Made by a program: the position numbers and the translations under genes
In this document: positions 17,065 to 25,513 of the stretch, in pieces
Numbering within the stretch: the first letter of the stretch is position 1
Layout of the letters: every line of letters starts with the position of its first letter
Source: a virus
Lineage: Duplodnaviria; Caudoviricetes
Reading direction: 5' to 3' (one strand)
Length of the DNA: 64,000 nucleotides
IMG/VR virus record: IMGVR_UViG_3300025608_000006
The notes under the pieces: generated by a model
Seen by the model: the letters and a program-made list of their open reading frames with translations, nothing else
Told to the model about the DNA's origin: nothing
Database searches by the model: none

Positions 17065-17782
17065 CAAAACTTTGATTTTCTAAAGGTTCTAGCGTAACAG
17101 CATATAGTTTCCAATTGTTAATTACAACAAATTCGTGTACTGCACTCATTACTCCGTATGAAAACCCATTTGATACACCAACCTGAAAGTAGTCATGACC
17201 TGAGATGAATCCGCCTGGTTTTATTTTATCTGCAAATGAATTTAGTTCTGCTTTGGTTCTTTCATACGTGTGAGTAGTATCTATATAGATCCAATCAAAA
17301 TACTCGTCATTAAACAAATTTCCTGCTTCTGCAGAGTCTATTTGATGTATTTCTATGTTTTCTTTTTTACCTAGTATACTGTTCACTGAATTTAATTGAT
17401 AATCGAATTGAAAAATATCAATAAGATGTAACTTTTGTGGTTGTGTAACCTCGTATATACGTTCTGCAAAACGACCTCTATCAACACCTATCTCTGCTAC
17501 TACAGCATTTTTTGGCATTTGTCCTAGTAAACTCATACGGTCGAGAATTGCTTTACAGCCATCTACATGATGCGGTTCAAGAAACCGTAAAGTTTTAATA
17601 GAATCAAAAATTCTTTGATCAGTTTTACTATCAAATAGTTTACCTAAGTATTCGTCAAAAAACTTATCAATATCTTCTATATGACCTATTTTAAAAGATC
17701 GAGTTTTTTCTTTAAAAGCATCTATATGCTGATGTAAATCTATCTTTAGCTGTTTTAAAAACTCTTCTGCACTTTCTTGCAC
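17036..17782 (-). CDS. Class I SAM-dependent methyltransferase (Methyltransf_24-like)
   Basis: AEIGVDRG, DWIYIDTTHTYE, GGFISGHDY; GTG start with SD GAGGT. Confidence 0.8.
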   Translation of the reverse strand: MQESAEEFLKQLKIDLHQHIDAFKEKTRSFKIGHIEDIDKFFDEYLGKLFDSKTDQRIFDSIKTLRFLEPHHVDGCKAILDRMSLLGQMPKNAVVAEIGVDRGRFAERIYEVTQPQKLHLIDIFQFDYQLNSVNSILGKKENIEIHQIDSAEAGNLFNDEYFDWIYIDTTHTYERTKAELNSFADKIKPGGFISGHDYFQVGVSNGFSYGVMSAVHEFVVINNWKLYAVTLEPLENQSFVIQKPDNQK

Positions 17783-17795
17783 AACTTACCTCACT

Positions 17796-18350
17796 TTACC
17801 ATCTAGGATGTTTGTTTAATTCTTCAAAAAATTTGTCTGGGAAAATTTCCCACACTGTTTGATTGGTGCCTCTATAAAACACATCTTTTATACGTTTCAT
17901 TTGCCCTGTCTTTTCCATAGCAGGAGCAAATACTCTGTGTACTATACGCTGTGTACCTGCTTCGTTTTCATTAGAGGTTATAAATGCCCTGGCGCCTTCT
18001 GGAAGCCATTCTAAACAAGCAGGAATTAAAAATTGTCCAGTGGCATGTTGATGTGTGACAATCTGATTACGTGTTCGTAAACTGACTAGCGGTAATTTAT
18101 CTGTAAACACGCATGTTCTAGCAGCAACCCTAAATGTATTAGGGCCCATTACATCGTCGAATGTATGTGCTGCTACACTACCTATTGCTTCATTATTATA
18201 ATATAAAATCCAAGTTTGCCATTTAGCTTCTTTATGAAAACAATCTACAAGCATATGCTGCGATGCATTATTTTCAAAACCTCGGGCTTCTGCGTTTTTA
18301 TAAAAATCTTCTAAATCTAAGTCTTCTGACCAAGGTATAATATTATACAT
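17796..18350 (-). CDS. Putative GNAT-like acyltransferase
   Basis: WILYYNNEAIGSV...FRVAARTC beta pattern resembles a GNAT core; no decisive motif. Confidence 0.4.
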   Translation of the reverse strand: MYNIIPWSEDLDLEDFYKNAEARGFENNASQHMLVDCFHKEAKWQTWILYYNNEAIGSVAAHTFDDVMGPNTFRVAARTCVFTDKLPLVSLRTRNQIVTHQHATGQFLIPACLEWLPEGARAFITSNENEAGTQRIVHRVFAPAMEKTGQMKRIKDVFYRGTNQTVWEIFPDKFFEELNKHPRW

Positions 18351-19023
18351 TAAGTGCGTTCTCTATAAAATCAGCTGGATAATTTGTTCTAAAACTGTTC
18401 CAACATAGTTTGTCCATTACTGCCCAAGGCTGCGGTGTATTCCACTCTATGCCTAAACTTTCTAAATGTTTGCGCATTTCGGCTTGACGTGTACTGTATA
18501 TATGACTTTCAACTTCTGCAATACTTACACAAGGCTCATCCTCATGATATGTAAAAAAGTAATTCATACTTTTTAATTTGCCGTCAACAATAAAATAACT
18601 GCTAGGATGCATACTATACTTGTGAAACCCTAAACTTTTATGTGCTTTAATTATTTCAAGCATTTGATCTTGCCAATCTGGTAATACACTATCGTAATTT
18701 TCTGTTAAGCAGCCTGCACTATTCCAAAAGTCTTTTCCGTCTATACTTAAAAAGATTTTTTTATTTTCTGTATCTAATTCAAACTCAGGAACTAAGTTTG
18801 GAAATTTTTCTGCCATTAATGAGAGATATTTAACTTCTCTTTTAAATTTTTCTTCCATTAGTGCAGGATCGACTACTTGATTTTGTCCTTTATGATACTC
18901 GCCGTCATTATAATACCATTGCACAAATGTTGTTAAATCTTTATCAGCTAAACTTGTGTAAATTAAGTTGTTTCTACACAATCCAATACCTGGTACGTTG
19001 TTCCAATAATATTCATAGTCCAT
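18343..19023 (-). CDS. Protein-kinase-fold-like protein with degenerate catalytic loop
   Basis: REVKYL..M...P..VP (alphaC-like), HKYSMHPSSYF, KLKSMNYFF; paralog of 23609-24286. TATAAATA and SD GAGGA upstream. Confidence 0.45.
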   Translation of the reverse strand: MDYEYYWNNVPGIGLCRNNLIYTSLADKDLTTFVQWYYNDGEYHKGQNQVVDPALMEEKFKREVKYLSLMAEKFPNLVPEFELDTENKKIFLSIDGKDFWNSAGCLTENYDSVLPDWQDQMLEIIKAHKSLGFHKYSMHPSSYFIVDGKLKSMNYFFTYHEDEPCVSIAEVESHIYSTRQAEMRKHLESLGIEWNTPQPWAVMDKLCWNSFRTNYPADFIENALNV

Positions 19024-19041
19024 AATGATATTCCTCAGTGT

Positions 19042-19057
19042 TATTTATAGGTAAATA
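19042..19057. promoter_or_regulatory. Back-to-back late promoters
   Basis: Minus TATAAATA (19049-19042) and plus TAAATA (19052-19057) at a divergent gene junction. Confidence 0.7.
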
Positions 19058-19086
19058 GTAGCATATAATTAAAATGTGAGTACTTA

Positions 19087-20133
19087 ATGAATACACTATT
19101 AGACACACTATCAATGTGCGAACACTGTTATCGACATATTCCTGCTGTTAGATTTGAAAAAGATAATCAAATATGGCTAGGAAAAACGTGTCCCGAACAC
19201 GGTTATCACGAATGCTTGGTAGAAATAGACGCAGATTTTTATCTTAATTTTAAGTACGAACGCAGAAAGCCTAATACGTTTTGGTTTGAAATAACTAACC
19301 GTTGCAATTTAGACTGTCCGCATTGTTATCAGATGCCGGATAATTTATCAATAGATCCTACTGTTGCTTCAATAATAGAACAAACTAAAAAACTACCGGA
19401 TGATATGGCTATTGCGTTAGTAGGAGCAGAGCCTACAACACGTAAAGACCTAGCAGATATTGTAAAGAATATACAGTCGCTAACAGAACAGCCTCGGTGG
19501 TTAATGGTTGTAACTAACGGAATAAACTTAGGCAAGCGAGCATATGCAGAAAAATTTGTTGGGATAGAAGGGTTAACTTGGACTATTGGGCTCAACCATC
19601 CTGATTATAATGGCGGCGTTATTAGAAAAAAACAACAAGTGGGAATCGATAACTGCATTGAACTAGGCCTCACTATTAAGAACTTTACTTACACTTTAGG
19701 AACTATGGATCAATTAGATGACGTATTAGAAGAAATACAAGAATGGGATCGTAAAGGAGTATGTAGCGATGCAAGAATACAACTAGGTGTTGAAATTGGG
19801 CGCACTCCAGACGAAGACGAACCAGAACATTACTTGTCAGAGTTAGTTAAAGCAGCAGAGGCACTATGTAAGAAAAAGGGATGGGAGTGGGAAGTAAATG
19901 AAACGCACGGCAATCGCACTCATTTCTTAGTAAAAATAAACGGTATTACGCACAGGTTTATAAAATGGTGCGATGTTAAAACTATAGATTTTGAAGAAGT
20001 GTATTCTGAATCTTGGGCCACTGTAGTTCCAGGAAAACCAAAAAGTCCACTATTACATCAAGTTATATTGAGAGATAGAGCAGTTAACGAAAGAAAACCG
20101 TTGTTTGATACATTGCCAGAGAAATATCGATGA
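19087..20133 (+). CDS. Radical SAM protein with Tes/MJ0619-type N-terminal CxxC...CxxH domain (paralog 1)
   Basis: TLSMCEHC...KTCPEHG; EITNRCNLDCPHCY; GAEPTTRKDL; VTNG. Confidence 0.85.
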   Translation: MNTLLDTLSMCEHCYRHIPAVRFEKDNQIWLGKTCPEHGYHECLVEIDADFYLNFKYERRKPNTFWFEITNRCNLDCPHCYQMPDNLSIDPTVASIIEQTKKLPDDMAIALVGAEPTTRKDLADIVKNIQSLTEQPRWLMVVTNGINLGKRAYAEKFVGIEGLTWTIGLNHPDYNGGVIRKKQQVGIDNCIELGLTIKNFTYTLGTMDQLDDVLEEIQEWDRKGVCSDARIQLGVEIGRTPDEDEPEHYLSELVKAAEALCKKKGWEWEVNETHGNRTHFLVKINGITHRFIKWCDVKTIDFEEVYSESWATVVPGKPKSPLLHQVILRDRAVNERKPLFDTLPEKYR

Positions 20134-21188
20134 ATAATATTAAAAATACATTGTCGATATGTCACCATTGTTATAGACACGTTTCGGCAACTAGATTTGA
20201 AAGAGACGGAAGTATATGGTTAACTAAAACGTGTCCGGAACACGGAGAATCAACACATCTAGTAGAACCAGATGCAGATTTTTATAACAATTATGTTTAC
20301 CGTAGACATGCCCTACAAAGTTATTTTATTGAAATTACTAATAGATGTAATTTAACTTGTCCGCATTGCTATCAAATGCCCGATAACAAATCCACCGATC
20401 CAGCAATTGATACTATGCTTAACAAAATTCAATCTTGGCCCGATGACGGCTATCCTGTTGCGCTTGTTGGTGCTGAACCTACAGTAAGACAAGACTTGCC
20501 TGAAATTATCAATCGCATACACACTCTCCCCGGCAAGAAGCGAACTGTAATGGTATTAACTAACGGTGTTAATATGCATAAGGAAGATTATGCAAGAAAG
20601 TTTGAAGGTATCGATAATTTAATGTGGACTATTGGCTTAAATCATACAGACTACCAAGGTCCTGTAGTGCGAAGAAAACAGATGCAAGGTATAGAAAATA
20701 TGATGAAGTATAAACTTCCAATTAAAAATATTTCTTATACCTTACTAAATCTTACACAACTAGAAGACTGCATAGACGAACTTATTGGGTTTGATAATAA
20801 GTATTGCAGTCAGTTTAGAATTCGATGTGGCGTAGATATCGGAAGGTCTCCGGAAGATAACGAACAAGTGTTTTTAAGTGATTTGCTTAATGCTACAGAA
20901 GAAATTTGTAAATCTAAAGGATATACTTTTGAAAGAGAGCCAGAATCAGGCAATAGAGCACATTATCCAGTAAGGATCAACGGCCTAGCTACTAAAATTA
21001 TACAGTGGCCTAGTGCAGAAACACTAGACTTGAGCGAAGTACAAACAGAAGCAATTGCAGATATATTACCTGGGCAGCCTCCGAGTCCGCTAGTACACCA
21101 AGTGTTACTTAGAGACGGCGCAATTAATAAAAGACTCCCACTACTAGATACAATACCAAAGGAATGGATAGACAATTATGGCAAATAG
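20130..21188 (+). CDS. Radical SAM protein with Tes/MJ0619-type N-terminal CxxC...CxxH domain (paralog 2)
   Basis: TLSICHHC...KTCPEHG; EITNRCNLTCPHCY; GAEPTVRQDLPEII; LTNG. Confidence 0.85.
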   Translation: MNNIKNTLSICHHCYRHVSATRFERDGSIWLTKTCPEHGESTHLVEPDADFYNNYVYRRHALQSYFIEITNRCNLTCPHCYQMPDNKSTDPAIDTMLNKIQSWPDDGYPVALVGAEPTVRQDLPEIINRIHTLPGKKRTVMVLTNGVNMHKEDYARKFEGIDNLMWTIGLNHTDYQGPVVRRKQMQGIENMMKYKLPIKNISYTLLNLTQLEDCIDELIGFDNKYCSQFRIRCGVDIGRSPEDNEQVFLSDLLNATEEICKSKGYTFEREPESGNRAHYPVRINGLATKIIQWPSAETLDLSEVQTEAIADILPGQPPSPLVHQVLLRDGAINKRLPLLDTIPKEWIDNYGK

Positions 21189-21987
21189 AGGAATTAACGG
21201 AACACCGTATTTTGATATGGAACAATATATCGATATGGAAGGATTTGAAAAGTTACAGCCTGAGATTGTAACAGGCTTCGCTCTAGCAAGAGAATATGCA
21301 AAAGAAGCAACTTGGATGACTCCTGGATTTACATTTGAAAATATGAGCTATATTCATAATTGGAAACCTATATACCAAGCACTACAGGAATGGCAACAGT
21401 TGCCTGATGATGATCCAATTAAACAAGCTGGTGCAAAAATTATGCCTCAAGACTTTAGTGATTATAAACAGCGTAATATCTTTACTCGTTTTCTAAAAAT
21501 GGCAATGGGTGCATACGATCCTTACATTTATTATTTCTTATGGGAGGAAGGTAGTTGGGATGACAGAACTGCTGAAAGAACATTAACCGAAGAAGCAAGG
21601 TATTTTCCTGAAACAGTCAAATGGGTTGAAGATTTAATCGATCAAAAGATATTTAAACATATTGGCAGAGTTATTTTCTTCCATTGCGATGCAGACGGTA
21701 TTCCATTCGAACACAGAGATTTGGATGCTAAGAATGGTATGAACGAAAGCTTTCCACATAAAAACGAGTTTATACATATTCGTCCTAACACTAAAAAATC
21801 ATTTTATATATGGGATCCTAAAACTAAGAATAAAACATACTTAAATACTAGAGCTGCTTGGTGGAACGATCAAGACTGGCACGGCGGAGAGCGCATTATG
21901 GAACAAAGTTATGCATTACGCATTGACGGTGAGTTTACAGAAGAGTTTCGTAAAACGCTTGGCATTAACAATATAGAGAGTTATTAA
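21178..21987 (+). CDS. 2OG-Fe(II) oxygenase-like protein
   Basis: GRVIFF..FEHRD (HxD), WWNDQDWHG, YALRID. Confidence 0.6.
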   Translation: MANRGINGTPYFDMEQYIDMEGFEKLQPEIVTGFALAREYAKEATWMTPGFTFENMSYIHNWKPIYQALQEWQQLPDDDPIKQAGAKIMPQDFSDYKQRNIFTRFLKMAMGAYDPYIYYFLWEEGSWDDRTAERTLTEEARYFPETVKWVEDLIDQKIFKHIGRVIFFHCDADGIPFEHRDLDAKNGMNESFPHKNEFIHIRPNTKKSFYIWDPKTKNKTYLNTRAAWWNDQDWHGGERIMEQSYALRIDGEFTEEFRKTLGINNIESY

Positions 21988-21988
21988 T

Positions 21989-22597
21989 ATGAAAATGTAT
22001 CAAAAATTAAATGTTCCAGAACTACCATTAATTCAAAAAGAGTTATTAGAATATATTAACAAATATCCCGATAATGTTTTTGACGAGACAGCGACATCAG
22101 AATATTGCCACTCAGTAGGTATAAAAGATTTTCCAACTCTTAGCGGGTTTTTACTTCCGAGATTAAAACTGCCTTTACAATATACTAATATTTTGATTGT
22201 TCCGCCTGTGAGTAACTTTAACATTCATTTAGACGGGAACAACGAGTTACATCAAAAAGTTGTTATTACTATACCGATAAAAAATTATGAAGAGTCTGTA
22301 ACACATTGGTATGATCATAAGGATATTAAAGAAGAATATATTTGGTCTAAATTTTGTGCAAATGAGCAGCCGCCTTATAATGGATACACAATTAATTTTA
22401 TTAAGGAAGAAATTGTTTTACAGCCTATTGCAAGTACTACCGTCGACAGGATTACTTTAATGAGAGCTGACTGGTATCATGGCGTTGAAAATAGTATGAA
22501 CGAAAATAGAATAGTAATAGTGATTAGGTGTGGAGACACAATGATGGATGAAAATGTTAGTTTTGAAGATCTTATGGAGTTTCAAGATTTAATATGA
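21989..22597 (+). CDS. 2OG-Fe(II) oxygenase-like protein
   Basis: FNIHLD (HxD), RADWYHGVEN, RIVIVIR. Confidence 0.65.
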   Translation: MKMYQKLNVPELPLIQKELLEYINKYPDNVFDETATSEYCHSVGIKDFPTLSGFLLPRLKLPLQYTNILIVPPVSNFNIHLDGNNELHQKVVITIPIKNYEESVTHWYDHKDIKEEYIWSKFCANEQPPYNGYTINFIKEEIVLQPIASTTVDRITLMRADWYHGVENSMNENRIVIVIRCGDTMMDENVSFEDLMEFQDLI

Positions 22598-23091
22598 AAT
22601 ATTTAGGCAATTACGCAGACTGGATACAACCAGAATGGATCGACTTTATAAAAGATAACGATGGCACATGTCGACCTGGAGGTGGCAGAAATCCTGACAG
22701 TGAAGAATTTAGAAAAGCAGCAGAACACGGATACGATTTAACACAAACGTATTGGTATATTTACGAGCCCGATACGTTTCCGTTTGATGTTAAGTCGCCT
22801 ATTCCGTTGGATGGTGAGTTTTTGTGGTGGTTTATAAAAATGAATCCAGGTGATAAAATGCCAATGCATAAAGATCCGCATGCTCTTATAGAGAAAAATA
22901 GCAAACGCTATTGGATGGCATTACAAGACTACGAACCAGGGCATGTGTTTATCTATGAAGATAAACTTGCAACAGGATACAAAAAAGGAGACTTATTTGT
23001 ATATGACGATAGTAAAGCACTGCACGGTGCATGTAATATAGGATGGAGCACAAGAATGATTGCATGTTTTAGCTCTTATGATCTGCAATGA
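22594..23091 (+). CDS. 2OG-Fe(II) oxygenase-like protein (paralog of next gene)
   Basis: MNPGDKMPMHKD, ALHGACN, RMIA; starts MKYLGNYADWI. Confidence 0.65.
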   Translation: MKYLGNYADWIQPEWIDFIKDNDGTCRPGGGRNPDSEEFRKAAEHGYDLTQTYWYIYEPDTFPFDVKSPIPLDGEFLWWFIKMNPGDKMPMHKDPHALIEKNSKRYWMALQDYEPGHVFIYEDKLATGYKKGDLFVYDDSKALHGACNIGWSTRMIACFSSYDLQ

Positions 23092-23612
23092 ATTATATAG
23101 GCAATTACGCAGATTGGATTAATGATAATAACATTATAGAAATGTTAAACAGTAAACAAGGCGAGAAGACTCCAGTATGGCAACCTGATCGCTGGACAGG
23201 CAATGAAACATTAGAAAAGTTTAGAGAAATGGCAAGACCAGGATACTCAAATAATAAGTGTTTCTTCCATCAGCTTAACGCAGGATCTCCTGAAATGGAA
23301 GGATACAACTTTGTGTATCCTGATTTACCAGATACTAGAGAATATCAGTTTTGGTGGTTTGTAAAACTATATCCTGGGGAATTTCAAGCAATGCATGTCG
23401 ATCCGCATTTAACCGAGCTTACTAATTTTGTAAGATATACTATGTTCTTACAAGATTGGGAACCTGGTCATATATTTGCGTATGATGACAAAATGCTGTC
23501 CAACTATAAGGCAGGCGATTTATACGAATGGAGTGATCCTGAGTGCATACATGGGCCTGCTAACATAGGTTACAATCCAAGACTTACATTACAAATTACA
23601 TTACACGATTAA
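23088..23612 (+). CDS. 2OG-Fe(II) oxygenase-like protein (paralog of previous gene)
   Basis: LYPGEFQAMHVD, CIHGPAN, PRLTLQ; starts MNYIGNYADWI. Confidence 0.65.
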   Translation: MNYIGNYADWINDNNIIEMLNSKQGEKTPVWQPDRWTGNETLEKFREMARPGYSNNKCFFHQLNAGSPEMEGYNFVYPDLPDTREYQFWWFVKLYPGEFQAMHVDPHLTELTNFVRYTMFLQDWEPGHIFAYDDKMLSNYKAGDLYEWSDPECIHGPANIGYNPRLTLQITLHD

Positions 23613-24286
23613 TATAATTTATTAAAAATCTCTGGGAATGGACAGTCAGGCCAACACTTCGGCAAGTGTACATTCATTGTAAGATTAAAGAAATTTCTGA
23701 GATCAATTACGCCGTCAGCTTCTGACTGATCAAATCTATAAGAACCTTCGTCTCCAATCATGCCTGCAATTGATTTTCTTTCAATAAAATAATCGTCATG
23801 CGGCACAACTGAGTAATAATCAATAATTTTTAAAATACCGTCTTTGTTTATAAAGAAACAATGTGGATAGAGTGCTAATTTATAATGTTTACTATTTTTA
23901 AATTCTTTTACAACACCATACAATCGATCCTTCCAATCAGGAATTTCTTTATCAATTGACCTAGATGGATCAAATATTATTTGCGATAATGTTTCTGTGT
24001 TCCATTCTATAAAAACTTTATTATTAGCACGATCAATTTCTAAAAGTTTAGGAGTGCAGCTTAAATGTTGTAGCTCTTCTAAAAAACGTACTTCTCTTTC
24101 AAAAAAGAAATCTATTATCTCTTGTGTCATTCCAGGCTGAGAGCCTTGATAATCTTCGTTAATACAATAGTGTTTGCATAAAATATCTTTATTTGGATTC
24201 ATCAGAGCTGTGTATAACATATTAGATGACGCCGTTACAGCATCAGCTGTTCTTTTGTAATAATAATTCCAATTACTTGTATTCAT
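23609..24286 (-). CDS. Protein-kinase-fold-like protein with degenerate catalytic loop
   Basis: EREVRFLEEL...TPKLLEID..NKVFIEW, YKLALYPHCFF, LKIIDYY (DFG position). Confidence 0.5.
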   Translation of the reverse strand: MNTSNWNYYYKRTADAVTASSNMLYTALMNPNKDILCKHYCINEDYQGSQPGMTQEIIDFFFEREVRFLEELQHLSCTPKLLEIDRANNKVFIEWNTETLSQIIFDPSRSIDKEIPDWKDRLYGVVKEFKNSKHYKLALYPHCFFINKDGILKIIDYYSVVPHDDYFIERKSIAGMIGDEGSYRFDQSEADGVIDLRNFFNLTMNVHLPKCWPDCPFPEIFNKLY

Positions 24287-24330
24287 AAACATACTTATCA
24301 TACATTTACAATCGATAAGTATGTTTATGA
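24283..24330. repeat. 17-bp perfect inverted repeat forming a bidirectional promoter/start site
   Basis: TCATAAACATACTTATC (24283-24299) and GATAAGTATGTTTATGA (24314-24330); each arm reads TAAGTA-N5-ATG. Confidence 0.9.
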
Positions 24331-24926
24331 TACATAAGTTAAATTTAAAATATAATATAGATGACGCTGTTGAATATTTTAATATATTAAAAACAGACTT
24401 TAATTATTTACACTGGGATTATTTGAAACATCATAATCAACCGACATTTATTGATGCTAAAAATACAATTGATAGTGTTAATGGCTGGGGACTACAAACA
24501 ATATACAACGATCCTACATTTCCGTATCACCCTGATTTAGACCCGCATGACGAAGGTCCTGAATATTTTAAAGATACTCCAATGGTATTTGGATTCTTTA
24601 AGAGATTAAAAAATTTATTAAAACAGCCGTATCGGTCATTTTTATTTAATTATCCGCCTAACCAAAAATTAGGAAAATGGCATTCTCATAACCGAGACCA
24701 TGTTACTATTGTAATTCCTATTATAACCAACGACAAAGTTTGTATAATTAGTCATCAAGAAAATATTCAAACCGTTGTACTAGAAGAAGGCAACGTATAC
24801 TTATTAGATACAACAAAATACCCTGCTGAATTTCAAAACAATAGTCAAGGAGAAATAACTATAATAATTATTAGTGTTCTAATAGAATATAAGCAAGAAG
24901 TATTAGACATGATAGGAATCATATAA
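24327..24926 (+). CDS. Asp/Asn beta-hydroxylase-like cupin protein, metal ligands degenerate
   Basis: NYPPNQKLGKWHSH, IVIPIITN, YLLDTTKY; distal His not evident. Alternative start at 24321. Confidence 0.45.
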   Translation: MIHKLNLKYNIDDAVEYFNILKTDFNYLHWDYLKHHNQPTFIDAKNTIDSVNGWGLQTIYNDPTFPYHPDLDPHDEGPEYFKDTPMVFGFFKRLKNLLKQPYRSFLFNYPPNQKLGKWHSHNRDHVTIVIPIITNDKVCIISHQENIQTVVLEEGNVYLLDTTKYPAEFQNNSQGEITIIIISVLIEYKQEVLDMIGII

Positions 24927-25513
24927 TGGATAATCCTGGCGCAGCCTACGACAGAAGATTACTAACTTTAAAAAGTTGTGCGTTTCTAAATGCATATAGA
25001 CGCATAAATTTAAAAGAATTAACCGAATCATTAAAGGACAAACAAGGCTCAGATGTTACCACTGAGCCAAGCCGCTGGAACTTAGATAATAGCGACTATG
25101 GAAAAATACATGCTATTTGGAAAGAAGCTAATTTTAATTCTTCTGCTATGAAGTGGACAAACTACTATCCTGGAGGAGAGTTCTCACAGGAGTTTGTCGA
25201 TGATGTTGCATTTTATTTACGATTAAAAGGTGTGCATCGCGCTTGGATTAGCAGAGTTGATCCCGGATACTATGCTCCGTGGCATTGGGACGTCGATGAT
25301 AATGAACAGGAATATTTAAAGTATGGTGAGATTAAACGCTACAGTATTATGATGGGAGATAAAACTCCCGGACATATTTTTATGCTAGGGGAAGATTATT
25401 TGTACGACTGTGTTCAAGGATCAATATTTCGTTGGAATAATCATAACGAGTGGCACAGTGGCATTAATGCAGGTATGACTCCAAAGTTTATGTTTCACAT
25501 AATCGGATATTAA
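24926..25513 (+). CDS. 2OG-Fe(II) oxygenase-like protein
   Basis: RVDPGYYAPWHWD (HxD), NEWHSGINAG, KFMFH; TAATG coupling. Confidence 0.65.
   Translation: MDNPGAAYDRRLLTLKSCAFLNAYRRINLKELTESLKDKQGSDVTTEPSRWNLDNSDYGKIHAIWKEANFNSSAMKWTNYYPGGEFSQEFVDDVAFYLRLKGVHRAWISRVDPGYYAPWHWDVDDNEQEYLKYGEIKRYSIMMGDKTPGHIFMLGEDYLYDCVQGSIFRWNNHNEWHSGINAGMTPKFMFHIIGY

Noticed and set aside
19087-21188. Assigning the symbol tes (true tetraether lipid synthase)
   Set aside because: The proteins are about 150 aa shorter and appear to lack the auxiliary cluster ligands; similarity is from recalled motifs only.
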